From an uncultured bacterium (lineage in GTDB: Bacteria > Verrucomicrobiota > Verrucomicrobiia > Limisphaerales > UBA8199): 64,000 nucleotides of DNA. Within the stretch, counting starts at the first letter, position 1. Each line of letters opens with the position of its first letter. Below, one piece after another: positions 62,669 to 64,000 of this stretch. The DNA lies in the NCBI GenBank assembly GCA_963749495.1, contig CAVVMW010000001.1, positions 64,001-128,000 on the forward strand, given 5' to 3'. The translations under genes were made by a program, and so were the position numbers. The notes below the pieces were generated by a model, which was given only the letters and a program-made list of their open reading frames with translations, ran no database searches and was not told the origin of the DNA.

Positions 62669-64000
62669 TGGCCGCGATGATGCTCACCAACGGCTCGAAA
62701 CGGCCACTGTCGGGGATTTGGTTCTTACTGCTTCTTCTGCCCGGCGTTCGCCGCCCCGGCGCAGCTCCCGGTGTTGAAACGGTCGGACGTTGTCTTCATG
62801 TACGAGGCCGGGCGGGAGATCTACGAGGCCTACGGCGCCACGGTCCTCGCGTGGGGTGGAAGGCCCAGCGCCAAATCGCTCGACCAGGCCCGCGGCATGA
62901 AGTTCTTCGGCAGCGTCGGCATGGTCACCGAGTTCAGCGGCTATTATGAGCGATTCCCGCAGACCTATGAACAGGGCCTGTGCCGCGACCTCGAGGGACG
63001 GCCCTTCAAAGTCCCTTGGCTGACCGATCTGCAGCACAAGGGTGTCCCCTACTGGTGGTGCTGCACTCGCCAGCCCCTCTTCCGCCAGTTCATCTCCGAG
63101 CGCGTTATCGAAACGGTCAAAGCCGGCGCCGACGGCGTACACATCGACGACCACCACGGCACCGCGGGCGCCATCTGGAGCGGCGGCTGTTTCTGCGACC
63201 GTTGCGTCGAGGAATTCCGCGACTATCTCAAGGCCCTGCCCGCCGAACAACTCGCCCGGCAAGGCCTCCGGGACCCCGCCGCTGTCAATTACCGGACCCT
63301 CCTCCGGGAGTGGCTGGCGCAGCAGCCCGGCCGCAAGGTTCAAGCGCACCCGCTCTGGCCCCAATGGCGGACTTACCAGCTTCGAGGCGCCGCACGGTTC
63401 ATGGCAGAGCTTCGCGCCCTCGCCGCGCAGACCGCCGGCCACCCTGTCCCGATGGGCGCCAATGCCTGCCTGCTTTGGGGGCCTCACCTCAACGATTTCC
63501 ATTCGCTCGATCTGTTCAGCGCCGAGATCGACCACCACGCCTCGGACCAGCGCTTGAGCGACGCTCCGCTCGTGGCATACCGCCTGGCGGATGCCGTGGG
63601 GCGCCCGCTGGCCTCGACAGCCGGCGGCGGGGATTGGGCCTCCATCAAGGAGCACAATCTGCCGGGGTTGGTCCAGGGGTGGGTCGCCCTGGGCTACGCC
63701 GCCGGCCACTGCCTCATGGTCCCGAACCGGCAATGGTGCTACACGCCCCAGAAGGGCACGCACTATTACGAAGGGCCCAAGGAGAAATTTGCCCCGCTCT
63801 ACCAATTCGTCCGGCAACACCGCGGCCTGTTCGATGACTACCTCAACCACGCCGATCTCACCGTGCTCTTTTCCCTTCGCACCTTCGATCACGACGCCCC
63901 CCGGATCATCGGCATGTGCGGCAGGCTCGCCGCCGCCAACCTCTCCTATTGTTTGGCCTTGAGCGGAGACGAGGTCGTGGACTGCCCGCTCAAGGTAGAG
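62669..64000 (+). CDS. Secreted TIM-barrel glycoside-hydrolase-like protein, partial; probable frameshift near the 5' end
   Basis: Manual translation ...YWWCCTRQPLFRQF..AGADGVHIDD..GGCFCDRCVEEF; runs off the window. Confidence 0.6.

Noticed and set aside
5685..63892. Long antisense/alternate-frame ORFs (e.g. 5685..6989, 21736..23226, 42332..43882, 57733..59778, 62684..63892)
   Set aside because: Shadow ORFs of GC-rich genes on the other strand.
1..64000. tRNA or rRNA genes
   Set aside because: None recognised by eye.

Overview
GC-rich bacterial window. The protein families (GloVer-type tandem repeats, DUF1559/H-X9-DG prepilin-like protein, TIGR02999-type ECF sigma plus Ser/Thr kinase, shared C-terminal '...FYR' domains) suggest Verrucomicrobiota; this is an inference. 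About 1-56 kb is an accessory, heavily rearranged region and 56-64 kb looks more like core genome. Two things stand out. (1) One intact comM/yifB gene (5634-7160, minus) is surrounded by seven partial, mutually diverged comM copies. Three promoter-bearing 5' pieces are stacked upstream, separated by co-oriented cargo, and each is preceded by a toxin-antitoxin pair; 3' pieces are stacked downstream. Breakpoints recur at the same codon just before Walker A, and no integrase is visible, so this looks like a comM-anchored cassette array. (2) A cluster at 38-50 kb encodes three RyR-domain proteins (channel-like TM+RCK+RyR; RelA/SpoT synthetase+TPR+SLOG+RyR; stand-alone RyR), a divergent membrane-anchored TIR-TPR protein and an atypical TPR kinase/receiver pair; it is a candidate nucleotide-signalling or defence system. 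Also present: an ORF-less group II intron inserted in a REP-like hairpin, an IS with a passenger gene splitting a Gly-rich protein, a deleted RAYT element, PIN toxins with in-frame internal deletions, and many REP-like palindromes. Many single-base frameshifts, including one in uvrD, are probably sequencing errors. All family assignments come from motif recognition by eye, not from database searches.
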